A stretch of DNA of 57,801 bases, counting the filler, from Platydemus manokwari (taxonomy: Eukaryota): NCBI GenBank assembly GCA_037951405.1. It is 3 parts of 3 records of this genome, joined end to end, with 100 filler letters (N's around TTAATTAATTAA, not from the genome) between each part and the next. Parts side by side here need not be neighbours in the genome. Positions count along the whole stretch, not along the records: positions 27,856 to 57,801 come from JBBMOY011433643.1; 2 more parts are not named here. One strand, written 5' to 3'. Positions 42,470-57,036 of the stretch are shown in pieces. The position numbers were made by a program, and so were the translations under genes. Below the pieces are notes generated by a model. That model saw nothing but the letters and a program-made list of their open reading frames with translations. It did no database searches and was not told the DNA's origin. Within the stretch, counting starts at the first letter, position 1, and each line of letters begins with the position of its first letter.

Positions 42470-44080
42470 AATTTTCATTATTAATAACTATTGAAAGTTA
42501 ATCTTACCATACAATATAGGTTCCACGTTTGGAATAATAATTGGGCAAAGCCTGGCTGGTTTTATTATTCATCATTTTGGCTGGAAATGGGTTTTTTATA
42601 GCATGGGAATTATGGGTTGTGTTTGGTTTGTTTTGCTTTCTGTTTTAGTATATGAAAATCCCATCGACCACCCATTTATCAGTGAATATGAGCGAAATTT
42701 GTTAATGAATTCAATACCTCATAACCGACCGAATCATAAGGTATATCATAATTGTTAACTTATCAATAATATGGGTATACTTTGTATTGATTTTCATTTT
42801 CATATTTTTTAAATCGAACAGTTTTGTGAGATAATTTTTTATAATTTAAACTCGTTATTGATTTCATCGAAACAATCATACATTTAGATCTTTAAACATG
42901 GATGACAGCTTAATCATTGAATAGAAAAATCAATAAAACTAAAGATAGTCATAAATAATAGAGGATTGGTGATTGATATATTTACAACAGTTTTAAATAT
43001 TCGAACACAGAAATGTACAGAAATTTTATTTGATATTTTGATAGATCGTTTCTATGTGCTTTTAAGGAATATCGGGTTGGGAATATTTTGTTCCTAAATT
43101 AGTTTTCAAAGTTTCGTGTTTAATATATATCAAAATAGTGCTGGATGTTCTGATGGATTAATTAAATGATTATTCCGTTGCTTCTTTAATTAGTTATTAA
43201 GCGACGATTTTATTTCTTCTTGATCACTACAGTTGAAATTCACTTTTACCAACTATTCAATTATCTTTAATATTATTTCAGTGTAAGTCGCAAATGTTTC
43301 ATGATACACACATCGATAGCGAACTAAAAAGACGCGACACCAATGTACAATTATATAAACAAATTAATATGATTTTATATAAAATTAAATCTTTTAAAAA
43401 ACTAAATTCAATTAAAAATTTTCGCATTCTTTTTTCTTTTATAATCTTTGATTTTCTTTGTATTCTTAATTGACGCCGTTTTGAATACTCTAATTATTTA
43501 TCTAGATAAAAATCTTTAATTCTTTGTTTTTATATCTTCTCTACATCTCTATGTCTTCTATATATGTTCTCAACATCTTTCTCTTTATTTTCCATAATTT
43601 TCAGACATTGATTTTCTCAGAATCGAATCCAGAGGCGTGGTCGCCATATAAGCCGTTACTATTTTATAAAAAAACGAACCGAAAATTCACGACACCAAAT
43701 TATATATTTAAATTCAATTATATGAACAAATAATATAATTTTATATAAAATTAAATCTTTAAAAACCCAATTCAATGAAAAATTCTCACATTCATCATTA
43801 TTCTTAGTGAATTTATAGTCTTCCACCATATCATTGAAACAATTATGTGTCATGCGTTGATACGAATAAATGAAACTATTAATGATTTTATCATGATTTT
43901 TAATTATATTGAATCATTTTCAAGGCACAATCACGAAGTATTCCATGGAAACAAGTATGTACTTCAAGACCATACATCGGTTATTTTTTATTTACTGTCT
44001 GTTACAATTTCACATGGAACCTTATGATCACTTGCTTACCGTTGTATATTGGAACAGTTCTGGGCTTCAATATATCTCAG
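41207..44080 (+). CDS. SLC17-family (sialin/VGLUT-like) MFS anion transporter, 5' part (6 exons); 3' exons not found
   Basis: Exons 41207-41389, 41431-41518, 41562-41710, 41973-42060, 42520-42740, 43925-44080 splice in frame: YMLRVNLSVAIVAMVN, LSSFFWGYTIMQLP, LRFLMGIFEG, GWKWVFY, PIDHPFISEYE, IPWKQVCTS, LPLYIGTVLGFNI. Confidence 0.9.
43320..43793. repeat. Diverged ~110-bp direct repeat pair in SLC17 intron 5
   Basis: 43320-43429 versus 43675-43793; exact 23-bp core ATTTTATATAAAATTAAATCTTT at 43372-43394 and 43738-43760, shared CGACACCAA. Confidence 0.8.
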
Positions 44081-45211
44081 GTTTACTTAATTTATCAATA
44101 TTTTTAATTGATGATAATAAAATAATTATTTTTAGTAATTATTATAAAAAGTAAGATTATAAGAATTATAAAATGTAAGATAATTTATTATTCATTTCAA
44201 AGCTGATAAAAACATAAAGGCGAAAAAAGTGTACGATTTAGAGCTATTTAATACTAATATTAACCCTTATTAATTAGTGATGAGCTAAGACAAATTAAGG
44301 CATGCATTCATATTTGCAAAATATTTAATGTGTCCTTGAACACTTAGTAAAAATGATCCTTTTATTAAAAACGTTGTGGAGAAGGAATTGTTTTAGACTA
44401 TGCCTTAAATTGGAAGAACATTTAATTAATTGTCAATTGTTTACCTAAATTCCAAAATTTTATTAAAAATCTAGCTCATGCACTTCTTTTATCCATTTAA
44501 TCAGATCATAATCTTCTGGATCGTTGTTTGAATCAGTATTTTTGAAAACATTATGTGTTCTACTAACTCATATTAAGCGAACAGACGAAATTCTCGAAAA
44601 CTCTAATAGGATTTTTATTAAAAAAATATCTACTTCATAAAAATAGAATTACAATTAGAAATGAGAGATCTCAGGGTTTAAAGACAATGCCGATATAGTC
44701 GTTTAATTGATATATCGTTCATTACACTTTACCGTTTATGTAAATCTCATACCAAAACATTCACAATAAAAGAAACGAAATATGAAGTAGAAGCTTGTTT
44801 TAATGTGGATCATTGGCTCTTGAACATAGTGATAATTTGATCTACTGCATATGAATGATCTAGGTCATCTGAATATTCTTAAAGGAAAATTCGTAGCCAT
44901 AAGCAATAAATTGATAAAATTTTGTTACATCAAGTTTCTCTAAAATTTTAATTTGATAATTTTGTGCTTCGAGATTTGTTTTCGCATATATTAAACATGG
45001 ACAACTGAGTTGATTATTGATTTGAAATTATTACTTCACAATCAGTGTCGCCTAATTTTATTATTGAGCCCAAGAACATATCCAGAGTTTACTTATTTTC
45101 TTACTAAATTAATGTTTTTGTTTAGAATTTATTTTATTGTAATGCAAAATGTTTTTTAAAACATTTTAACACAATCTTACTGGTTATCTTTGATTATTAC
45201 TGCATTTATTA

Positions 45212-45356
45212 NNNNNNNNNNNNNNNNNNNNNNNNNNNNNNNNNNNNNNNNNNNNNNNNNNNNNNNNNNNNNNNNNNNNNNNNNNNNNNNNNNNNNNNNN
45301 NNNNNNNNNNNNNNNNNNNNNNNNNNNNNNNNNNNNNNNNNNNNNNNNNNNNNNNN
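45212..45356. other. Scaffold gap (145 N, no linker)
   Basis: Plain N run, different from the two 100-nt spacers. Confidence 0.95.
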
Positions 45357-45659
45357 CAATTAATCTTAGCATTAATAGTAATAAGTTGTAATTAATTTTC
45401 CAATAAGAATAAGCGTAAGGAACATTCAGCGATCGTTGTGGAATCTTACAACTCTAACAATAATAATAAAAAAGTTGATATCAGTGAATATTTTTTATCG
45501 AAATTCAGGTGATAATTTTCAATTTTTTCTCTCAGTCATGTTACAGGTTTTTTCGTCCCAATAAATTTGATTAGAGGTGCAAAATTTCGGATGATTTGAA
45601 TTTGTAAGCTGACATTTTCCAGAACGAAAATTATCTAAATCCAAACTTCAATCAGATGT

Positions 45660-46560
45660 TGGAGCGATGACAATTTTATTCGTGATGTTTTATCAAAACT
45701 AGAATTGATCTGGAGAAAGTATCACACAATTATTCATGGAGATTATAATCAATTGGTTTGGATTTATCTCAAATTTTGTTAATAGATCGTGTGAATTTTC
45801 ATGAGAATTACGAATTTAATAGGTTGTTTGATATTGAGGTTAGAATTAAGGTTTACCACCAGTCAGTAAATGGAGGACAAGTGATTTCATCAATCAACAC
45901 TATTCCTTCTCCTATCTAATAGCCGATTCTGGGTTTAATTTTTGTTTTCCATTTATGAACCACATTGATAACACATAACAAGAAGAGCCTAAAAAAGAGG
46001 TCTTCCGTTTTAAGTTCAAGGTTTGGTTCACGGAAACATAATTGATAGGAAGCGCGGTTTAATTAAATCTTATTGGTCAGTCTTTTGAATGATTTGAGTT
46101 GGCAATACTTGAATCTGATAAAATTATGCTGGCTCAAACACTGACCGGTAAATGATTTCAAGAATAATTGGAATGTGTGATGACCTCACAACAAATAGCG
46201 AAGACCGAGAGCTATGCGATGACGATAATCGATTTGAAAATCTGAATTTGGAGACCGCTACATAGTTTGCACTTAAGTGATAGATAAGAAAAACTATCTT
46301 TCAATGAGAAATTTGGTGGTTTATGTCAATCTAGTATAAATTAAAGGTTTCTTTATTGATAGAGATTATATTCATATACAACCCATCTCTTTCTAGCAGA
46401 GTATCAGTGATTTATTGTTCTAAATAGTCAAGAAATACATCTATTTGGTTAACCATCAATTTGTTTAAATGATATCGATTAAACAGCATCAAATCGATCC
46501 CCAAAAATAAAGTTTTCATCAATTTGTGACCACAACCCATGATTATATCATTTGTGATTT
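45660..46560 (+). mobile_element. Possible heavily decayed APE-type LINE (CR1/L2-like) remnant
   Basis: DDNFIRDVLSKLELIWRKYHTIIHGDYNQL (GDYN at 45738-45749) resembles the APE motif IIxGDFN; weaker downstream echoes (KVWFTE, IPKNK) occur in the expected order. Confidence 0.35.
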
Positions 46561-49500
46561 GAAAATCAAAAAGATTTTAATAATTACTTATGATGTGTGG
46601 AAATGTTTTCAACTGTGAATCCGTGATTCGGATTATTTTCAATTTTTCGTTCAAAACAATCTGAGGTCGTCGATTTATCGATATTGAAGGCTAAAAGTTT
46701 TGGACATCAGATAATGAATGCTGGGCTGAGTGTAATAGTTTTAGCTTTGTTTTCTTTATCAAATGAATTGGGGTAAAAAGATATTTTAAAAGAATAAGTA
46801 AGAATTAAGATGTCGTCATCAAAAAGTCTCCGTTTTGGATCGATATTGAAATTTAAGAAAGAATAATGACAGAAACATGAAATTCAATATTAAGTTCTAC
46901 GAAATGTATTCCGAGAATATTATTAAGCTGGTAGACAAGTCTCCTCTATGTTTCTTTGGATGTAAATAAGCTTTATTTTAGAAACCATCTAACACTCAAG
47001 AATTTTTGGTGTATATATATGAGGGAGAAAGATTAAAGTAATTCTATAATATAAAAGGTTTATTGAACTCATTAGAAGCTGTATTCGACAATCAATTAAT
47101 AATAGAAACACACATTAAAATAATATTTATAAAAAATCCATTTGCATAATGCATCGACACGTTCCGAATTATAAAAATGAAACAAAACTCCTGTCAACAA
47201 AGCAAATGATAGGCAAAATGAAAGAAAGAGAAATCCACTCTGCTTTCCAGTTTTTGGTAACTTCTGTTGACAACATTGAGCCAGCTGTTACAAATATCGG
47301 GACTAGTGAAGGTCTTGATGATCGATGTCCAGACGATGATGATTATGGTGATGATATGGTTTTTGGTAGCGAGTTTTGAACTGAAATCGAATAAGTCATT
47401 CAATATCATGAATAACAAAACCAATATGGAACAACATTAACCTAGAAAAACCCACACTACAACTTCCATTTTGTAAATCAAGAAAAATTATATATATTTT
47501 TCTGCTATCAATCTTTGTATTAATTGATAAAACTTTTGCCAATGATTTTTGCGCTTCTTTTTCCCGATTTTTGATATCCACCACTTGTGTGATTACAATG
47601 AGCTGGCCCGGTGCAAAGGGATTAATGAGCTCAATTGCAATTACAGTATCACCGTTCACGTTCAGACGGTTTGATGGAAAATGCCATTAATGCTGTTATT
47701 TCAAGATAAGCTATTAACTGATAAAGGAACTAACTCCGGGTATATTTGTGGGTCTTAATTTACCGAAACAAGAAGTGACAAGTAAAGCGACACACACACA
47801 TGCAGACACGTAGGATAAAAATGACACACACACACAACCCACACCCATACAGACATAACTCCTGATAAGAAGGTAACTGAACCCATTAAATGACAGGTAT
47901 ATAGAACTCGTGATATATACAGGACTTGACAAAATTGTATGTGCGCCCAGTCAACACAGCCCCAACATGAAATCAGACTAAATATATATATAATAATATA
48001 TTTATTGTGTATATATGAAGTGGTGAATTAAATTTTAAACACGTTAAATAGCCAGCGCTTTCTATTTACTGACGATGGGAGGGTGATAAACAAATGATCG
48101 GAAAGTAGCCGAGAAAGCTAGATGGAGTAAATGCCAGCAATGAGTTTATATTTCAAACAAGCATAAACACCATTTTTAGGTGTTGGTCAAAATTTTTGCA
48201 TTGAATTGAATAAAGTAGAAAGTAGATTTCTGTACCTAAGCTGGCGACAGTTGTCCAAATCTACAGCAAACATTGTTTACATAACTCCTTTTCTGATAGT
48301 GTTCTGAAAATACTGGTTAATTCCCAAAAAAATTTTGTAATTATTTTATTAATAATAATAATAAAAATAATAATAATAAAATGGTCTATCATGAAAATTT
48401 ATATTGCAGATTTCGGAGGATTTTTTTATCACTATCGATTTCTTTTTGCCGAGATTTCACACTGTTAAATACACTTCAGCCTATTACTGCATGGAGAAGA
48501 CGGAACATTGAGAATATATATTGAGAAATCAAGCGCCAATAGTGTGTGGGGTTTTATTGTCGAAAATAAGACGAAATGTTGTTATTGTTTTAATGGGTCG
48601 ATTTTTTAAATTTGAAGAAATTTGACTGATAACTATTGGAATGATGCAATAAATATTATGATGGAATTATATTAACAATAATTAATTGTGTTAAAACCTC
48701 CCCCCCCCAAAGGTTCTTGTTTAAAATACCATCAAAAAATTTAAACAAATACCAACAAAATGGATTTATTAAAACAAAAATTATAATAATGTAAACTTGT
48801 TCTCTATCAGTGGAAATCATCGGTAAGAGAGCCAATAATTGAAAAAAGTGTGCCGATATTCTCGGGTACGAAAATACGGCTTTTCTCAGCTGTGATTTTA
48901 CTGTTTTTGTTATTCTAGAAAAAGAAAGGGAAAAAAAAAGATTTTTTTGTCCTCGAATTTCCGAAGGCAAAGGGAAATTGGGGGATAAAAAAAAACAACA
49001 GAGATGGAAATTGTATGATAGTAATCTGTATTTGTTGTATTTTTCTTTTCGTTTTTCGCCACTTCAAGCACAAATGGCAGACGAGATTTTGTTTGATTAG
49101 AACTTTCAGGAAATGCGATGGAAAAATTTGTAAAACAGATAGATGTGGAGAGTTTATTTTATTTATAGAAGCAGGAGCCATTTTTAAATGCCAAATTGAG
49201 ACTTGGTGGGTAAATGTAACGATTAGTTTGGTTTTAAATTTGGACCACCCCCATTGTTTTATCGGTGCGGCATGTTGTGTAGCGACCTCAATCAAAATTA
49301 TTGGCCCAAATTAAGAAACTACGTAAGATACTTTATTTGGGAGGAAATATACTTTTTCGGTTATTTTTCTTATTTCATTAGAGATGCTTGCGATCCGATG
49401 TAGATTGTATAATTGATACGACAAATTTTGATATTTTTGATCTCATTCAGAAGCTTATTGGTCGACAAGAACTTCGATGCTGACATCAAATTCGTACGTT

Positions 49501-51989
49501 GTTATGAGATAACATGCTACAAAGCAGGTCGTTAATAAATCATAAACGTATTGCTCTTCTGCTACTCCCACTGTAATGAAAAACTTAAAATTAACCACCA
49601 GAAATCAGTTTGATTCCAATACGTATTATTTGATTCAACCTGTCTTGCAAAAATCGACTAAATACATTTATGATAAGAATATAGAAAGATAAGATAATAT
49701 CCGAAGAGTTGTTAACAAAATTTAGGAAAGATATTTTGGAAATTTTATTGGAAAATTTAACCGATTATTTTACTTGTGCAATTACTTATGATAAAAACTT
49801 ATTAAATCAAACGACTCTTGTTTTTTTAATATTCTCTTTCCAGACAAATATACTTGATATGGTAACGGTTTCCATGGAAAATATTGACAGTTATTCTGTT
49901 GCAGACTTCTCTTCTCTTCGAATAGCTGCTACTTGTTAAACGAAAACTGTCGTCTGGTGATTCTCATTTGTAAAATCAACAACAAATAATTATGAAAATC
50001 ATTTCCATTGAAAATTCGGTGTGATAAAATTAGGGTTTTGAGAAAAGAAAACATTTCAAGGAAAAGGTTTTCATTTGTCTCAAAGCATCTTAAATTTTGT
50101 CTGGTTGAGAATTTGACACTTTTTAAAGAGGTTTTCATGAAAATTTTCGAACATTCATTTCTTATATTTGTGGTCCATCATTTCTTTTGAATATAAATGC
50201 GATATTTCAGAATTCTTTATTTCCTCATACTTCAGATGGCCAATCGATTGTCGAAATGATGTTAATTCCTGATCACAGGTTTGTCATTCATTATTGAAGT
50301 AACCTTAGTAATATCGAATGAAAAATCTAAAAACCTTATGAGCGTTAATTGATAATTAAAAGAACGGCTGGATCAAGGTAATCACTTGGCTTTTATTGTA
50401 ACAAAGGAAAACTGTAAATCTCTAACACTTCTTTTTGTATTTTTACTTGGAAAATTTATCAAATTATTAGATTTTAGAGAAGGATTCTACTTGAATTTTG
50501 TTTAATATATTCATCGAAAGATGGAAATTTGCAATTCCTTTACTAGTTGCATAATTCTTAATATCAATTTGTTTCCGAAAAATGGAAGTTCGCTCAATCA
50601 AATTCACAAAATTCTCCATGCTTTTTCACATCCATTGACAATTCTAAGGCGTTGTCAGTCTAAAAAATTATCTGTTTCCAAAACAATTCGAGGTTCATCT
50701 ACAACTTAAAAACGAAAAAACTTAAAAATCTATTTTTATCGCATAAATTTGTCATACCGAATGAAGATATATAGGGGCAGGGGAAAAAAATTTCGTTTTT
50801 ATCAGTAAGAAAACATTTGAAGGTCAAAGTTAAAATTTTCTAAAGTCGATCATTAACAATACTGGAGAGTTCAAGATTTAAATTTCAATAAATCGATTGA
50901 GTTGATTAAATGATTTAGCCTGAAAGATGAGGGCAAAGCAATGCCGCATAAATTTCTTTGTTTCAACTTTAACACGAAAATTGTCGAAAATTCTGGAGCA
51001 GAGAACGTCATCAGCGTTCGGAGAGTACAGCAGATTACTAGAGAGTTTGTAGGAGAACAGCGAATTGAATTTTAAAGCTTTTAATTCCAAAATATATTTA
51101 TTTTTATTAAAAACACTGAAGAAAGAGATTCCACTTCAAAGCATTTTTTATTAATCGGTGAGACACACATTACGAGCGTGTTTTTATTTCATTTTCTATG
51201 GAAACCCTATTTAATATTATTAAGAACTGTAATTCACATCTGTTGTATTAATCTTTGAATTATGATTTGAAAATTTGTATTATTTCGAAAGATTTATCAT
51301 TATCTTATTATAGTCTAAAATACTTACCACTTTAATTTTAATATCGGTGTTGGAATTAATATTCCTCGATCCATTTATCAAGAATCTGTTCTCAAACTAT
51401 TCTCAGCTAATTCTATTCAATGATATCGTTTCAAATGATGTCTAAAATGTTCCTCATGGAATCCAATGACCTTCAACAAGTTTCTACAAAAATTATCAAG
51501 ACTAAAATCTACAATATGGCTCTAATAGATGATATACTTTTGAGACCTTAAAAATGATCTCTATTGTCAATGAAACCCAAGTGATAAATCGAATACGAAC
51601 ACTCCTTTAGTTACCAGATATCGTTTACGTTCATTTCTTTATTTGAAATGACTACAGAAAATTTATTACTATTAAATTTCGTTTTGTGACAACTTTCAAT
51701 CCTCAATTACCCTGCGACAAGTACAAATTCACCTGGGTTTTTGGTTTAGAATTTCACTTATTCTAGCCAGACATTAGCTGATCGGATAGTGATCAAATCA
51801 GACATATCTTATCGAATAATATGAAGGCATGATTAGTTTGGTGTATATTTTTGTGGTGATAAATTAATATCTCATCGTGCCTGTTTCAGATTTGAAATCC
51901 AGCATTTTTTGCTTAATTCTAATTATATCGAGAAGTTTCATATTGATGATTCTAACATGAGCCAAAACAAAGGAGAGAAGCATTTTTAA

Positions 51990-52938
51990 AACTGATCCTA
52001 GCAGAATAAATAAACACCATGTTTCAGTTTGATATCCGTAGTTAAAAGATTTTATGGCATGCTCAATGTCACTACCGAAAACAATATCCTCTTCAAATGA
52101 AAAGTACTTCTTAAAATCGTCATGTTTGTTCCAAAAATTTTAATCTTTTCTGTCGTTTTGAAGTAGATTCCATCATTATAATTTCGAATCCAACATTTTT
52201 ACTTGTATGTTGGAAAGTTTCAAAATATTGTACTAAATCATTTAAATCACCCTGTGAAAGCAAATGTAATTCTAAGCATGAAATCAGTGCATTGAAAATT
52301 TCAGATCACAGGCAGTATTATCAGGATATTCTTATAGTTCATCACTGAATCCAATATTTAAAAGGAAATGCGGAACTCGTGCCTCTTCACCATGAAAATC
52401 TGACATCGATTCTCATATAAAAATCAGAAATATAATATTCGACCTCTTTCCTTTTGTCCCGTGTACCACTTGACCATACATTAAGAAATGTGAAACATGT
52501 GGCACAACAAATACCAGGAACCTAGGCTTTGTCTTTATATCCAATCTTGCATTCAAAATATGGTTTGTAGCACTTCCTAATGAGAGGAGAAAAGTCTTTT
52601 CTTTCAGATATAAATATCACTTCAACACAAATATAACATGAAGAATCTTGCCGATCAATCAATTTGCCGATCAATCTAAAATTCAAAGGTATAAGCACTT
52701 GAAATCACCAATCACTAATACTAACATGAAAAAAACTAATTTGATCCAAATAAATAAACAAATCTATTTTATTGCTATTTTCCCTTCAAATATAGTCAAA
52801 GTTTCAAACCATTGTGCTGGAAATACTCTAAATGGTAGAAAAAATTTCAAACCAAATCTAAATTCAACTCAAAAATATGTAAAAATCATCGTCTTTCATG
52901 GAAAGGACAAAACTTTTATAAAATTTTGTTGACCAGTG
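51990..52938 (-). mobile_element. Decayed Chapaev3 (CMC superfamily) DNA transposon: 5' end and N-terminal part of transposase
   Basis: DSSCYICVEVIFISERKDFSPLIRKCYKPYFECKIGYKDKA*VPGICCATC (from ~52645), HLLSQGDLNDLV (52266-52231), WNLLQ, HDDFKKYFSFEEDIVF, ETWCLFI match Chapaev3 motifs; candidate terminus CACTGGTCAACAAAA at 52938. Confidence 0.85.
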
Positions 52939-55900
52939 TCATGAAATTCGGAATGTATTCAAGTTCAATCTCTTAGCTAAATAAATCATTGGAAATATTA
53001 TTAAAATTGATATACAACAGCTTGAAATAAAAGTATTAGCACAAATGGTATTTTAAAAGTTTCATTTGAGTCTGTAAACCATAAAAAATTACGCTTAAAC
53101 GTTTGTCTCTCATTAATGACTGATGGCGAAAACATCCACACCTTATAGGTTGTTTTATATAAAGCGACTAAAATTTTAATTACTGCAAAAACCACTTTGA
53201 AAAAACTCCCAATAAAAATAATGATCCTACTTGTCATTGTCTTTGTCGACTTCAAATTTCTCGATTCCAACCTTAGCTTTGATGTCATTGAAATTCTAAA
53301 TCTCATTAACAGCCAAGCTGCAGATAAAATCTTGTTTCTGGTTCTTGATATCAATGAAGGATTATGTTAAATTTCGGTTATTGGTAGATCTTATTTTCTG
53401 GGTTCTTTTTCTCTTTGGTTCCGTTACCTTTGAGATGAGTGTCGATTTGAAAAGCCATATACATAACCCCAGAAATTTCTTTTCCTTAATGTTTCTGTTA
53501 CAGATTCATTGAAACTCGATCTTAGATTGACAAATCTGACTATATTAAAAGAAAATGACCATCAATAAGATAAGGTTTTGTTGTATGTCTGAAACGGTTT
53601 ATACGATTGGAGATATTTTTGATGGCAGAAAATTTATTCTAGGAATCAGTAGATTTTAGTGAAATTTAATCTAAAGATTTCGCAGTACTAATTATTGCAA
53701 TTTGTTATAAAAAGTACAAATATGTTTTATTAATTTTAATTATTAATCTTTTGTTTTAATACATCAAATTCGATATTTAAAATATTGCCAAGTGGATTAT
53801 AAATTATTTATAGCATGTTAAATATATAAATCATGATATTCTTGAACGCTTGAGTTAATATTTCATTAAACGGTTGAAAACAGCTAATGTTATTCTAGCA
53901 AAATAAAATTATCAAGTGAGATATTGGTTTATAGATGGCTATCCCAACCGATTTTATAATCAATCGACTTTGGAAGCTTTTAATTATTGAATCCTTTTCA
54001 AATTCAAAAATTATCATCCTGAGAAAATGTGAGTTTCAAAATCAACTGGTCCATATCATTTCCGACAGCTGACATTAACAACAGAATCGTCTAATAATAT
54101 ATCAGAAAAACTAAAATTAATATTCGAAGAACAATCGATAACAATGTTGGGTTTTACTTTAGCTTGTAGCAACTTTAGTTTAATGTGACGATTAATCGAG
54201 TATTAAAACCTTATAAAGTATTTGAGGTCTAATTATTTTAATTAATAATAGTAAGTTAGCACACCTGACTCCAAAAGATGTATGTAATTATGAACAAAAT
54301 AGAATTAAATCATAGAATAATAAATAGCTTGATCTCAATAAAATGTAATAGCTACGATAATAAATGCAGATCGATATTAACAGTAAAATTCAAATAAAAA
54401 TACAATAGAAATATTATTATAATAATTAGATTGAATAAACGAAATTTTTAGTAAATAAATAGATATTTTGAACTTTGATTCTTAATTTGACTATTATTAT
54501 AGAATTGGAGATTTTTTTTATGTCACTTATCGCAGTGACTGTAAAAGCCCCCAAATGATTTTATCGGTAGTTAGGCCTCATAGTACCGTAACCATTACTA
54601 TAAATTTATTGAGATTTTAGATATTTATGATGTAATTTAAATACAAGGCTCAGTCTAGAATCGTATCAAAGATATCTATAATATAAATTATATAATAATT
54701 TTGAATTCGATTATAATTAATTGTTTAAAAAGTCGTTTAAATAAAATATAAAAGAACTTACAATGCCGCTAGAATTTTCCCAGGAAATAATTGAAGATTG
54801 CACTCACATACAATGTCACTTTTCAACGATGAATTCACTAGTTTTTTTAATGAATCATATAAACGTGTGTGGATTTCGCCTTTTACTAAATATGCATCTT
54901 AAATTGTTCGATAAAATCCGGTTTCAATTTCAAAAGATTGAATAGATTTTAAATTGCCGCCTCAAATTAGTTATGAGATTAAATTCAATGTAGTAGTCTT
55001 GAGTAAATTGCTAGACTGATTTGATTACTCCAGTAGTTATATCACTTCAAAGTGAACTTCTTTTTAAATAAATTTTCGGGTCGCTGTATGGACTGTTTGC
55101 TCTTATTTATACTCTTAATTTTTCTTTATTATATTTTTTAAAATTATTTTTATTGGTATTATTTATACTATTTTTAACCATCAATTGTTGTTTTTACTAT
55201 TATAAGACAATAATCAATGTATCTTCCATTTTTGTATTTATTTAATTCTATTTATAGTCTTCAATTCATTATGATTCTATTTTTGGTAATAGCAATTATT
55301 TTCAATGCAAGATGAGTCATGTTTTTGAATAAATTTTATCTATTATTTTTATTATTTATTACAGGGTTATACTCGATAATAAATAATCTTTAAATGAACA
55401 ATTGTCCGTGTTGAAATCTAAGATAAGAAGGGAATTATTTTTAAATGACCTTTTAACTAACAATGCTCAGAGCTTCAGTGAGGTCGTTACAGTTAAATTT
55501 TTCGCATAATACATGCTTTTGATTTATCAAAACACTAAACTCGTACGATCACTCGACCAAGCTTGCCAGATGAGGGATACAACCAGAGCATCATCGTCAT
55601 AATAAATGTTCAAAACCATGATATTGCAAGAGGTGGAAAGCTTATACACCAAAAGGGATATCGGTTTGGTGCCTTGTAGAATCAACGAGATAATTCCTCA
55701 CAATAAGATAACATAGTTTCTCTCTTGAGTTGAAAAGGATTTTTGAAATATTAAATAAAATACTTTTTCTTATAACAAATTCGATTATCAATTTTATCGA
55801 TCTTGTAAATAATTGTTGCCTCTCAACTGAATCGACTTTTCCAATGATTTTGGTTGAAATCAATACCGAATATAATCAACCGAATATTAATCATATTAAC

Positions 55901-57036
55901 CAATCATATAATCACATCTCCTCAAATGATAATTTTACATTGTTTTACTATGATAGGGAATATTTTTATCATGTCATTAATACTGCAGAAATGTGTGGTC
56001 GAAACAGGGATTTAAAGAGGTTGATGTCGACTCATTTGCCCATCGGCTCTATCAGTGACATGATATTTTGTGATCCAGCTAATAATATGACATTCAAACA
56101 AAATACAAACTGGAAGTAAGTCAATAAAATTACAGGAAAACTGAAACTGTAAAAATGACTGAGAAAGTGTTCGTCCAATCTGTATTATCGTATTAGAGTC
56201 ATTGATGTCATCACCGTCATTTAAATATAATTATAATGAAAAGTATCAGTAAAATACTAAAGTGATTTATTGACAGTGAATCACGATATCGATTCATTTA
56301 CAACAAGATTGAGTATTTTTACATCACAGTTTTCAATCTAATAATATTATGATCAAGATCATGGTGACATCAAATTTACGTTGTGATTTTAATATTTTTT
56401 TATAAAAATATCACTCATCATATTAGAGGTTATATTTTCAAGACAAATATTTGAAAAGCTCCAAAATGCATTCCATAAAAAATGAGCCAACATTTTAAGT
56501 TAATATTTTAGGTTACATGTATACGGAATTGCTCAAACTTCGGATGTGTTTCAAAGTACTTAAAGTATTGCAATGAAATTTGCCTTTTGGCCAATATAAT
56601 GTCATTCGAAAAAATATGCTCGACCTCTTGGAATGTTGCCGGATTAAAAAATATTGAGCTATGATCGATTAATATGAAAATCTTTGAATGATTTTGTATT
56701 TTTATCCAATAATATCACAAATATTTATACCAATTGAGCCCCATTATTCCAACCAATGAACATCTAAATGAACATTTGCTAGTGAAATTAAAAACTCAAT
56801 TGTAAAACCTATTTTTAATGACTCACCCTGAATAACTTCAACAGATCAGTTCAGAAATTTGAAAATCAATGAATAAATGTGTCATTGATAAATTAAATTT
56901 GTGGTGATTTACTGTGCGATTCATAAGTCTCCATTTCTAAAACTTAAATAAAACAAAACACAATATAATTTATACTCACATATTTATACTCATTGATATC
57001 AATTATTATTCACCGACTAATTTGTTTTATCTCTTA

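Noticed and set aside
47149-47932. ORFs 47149-47379 (+), 47396-47659 (-, faint resemblance to a glycogen debranching enzyme segment) and 47714-47932 (-)
   Set aside because: No diagnostic motifs, no neighbouring exons; the last is driven by CA repeats.
48656-51090. Several 60-126 aa ORFs on both strands
   Set aside because: No motifs, mostly non-ATG starts, composition typical of random AT-rich frames.
55620-56119. ARGGKLIHQKGYRF (FLYWCH/MULE-like) and 129-aa ORF 55730-56119
   Set aside because: The W-x-C and His ligands of FLYWCH and any MULE DDE motifs are not visible.
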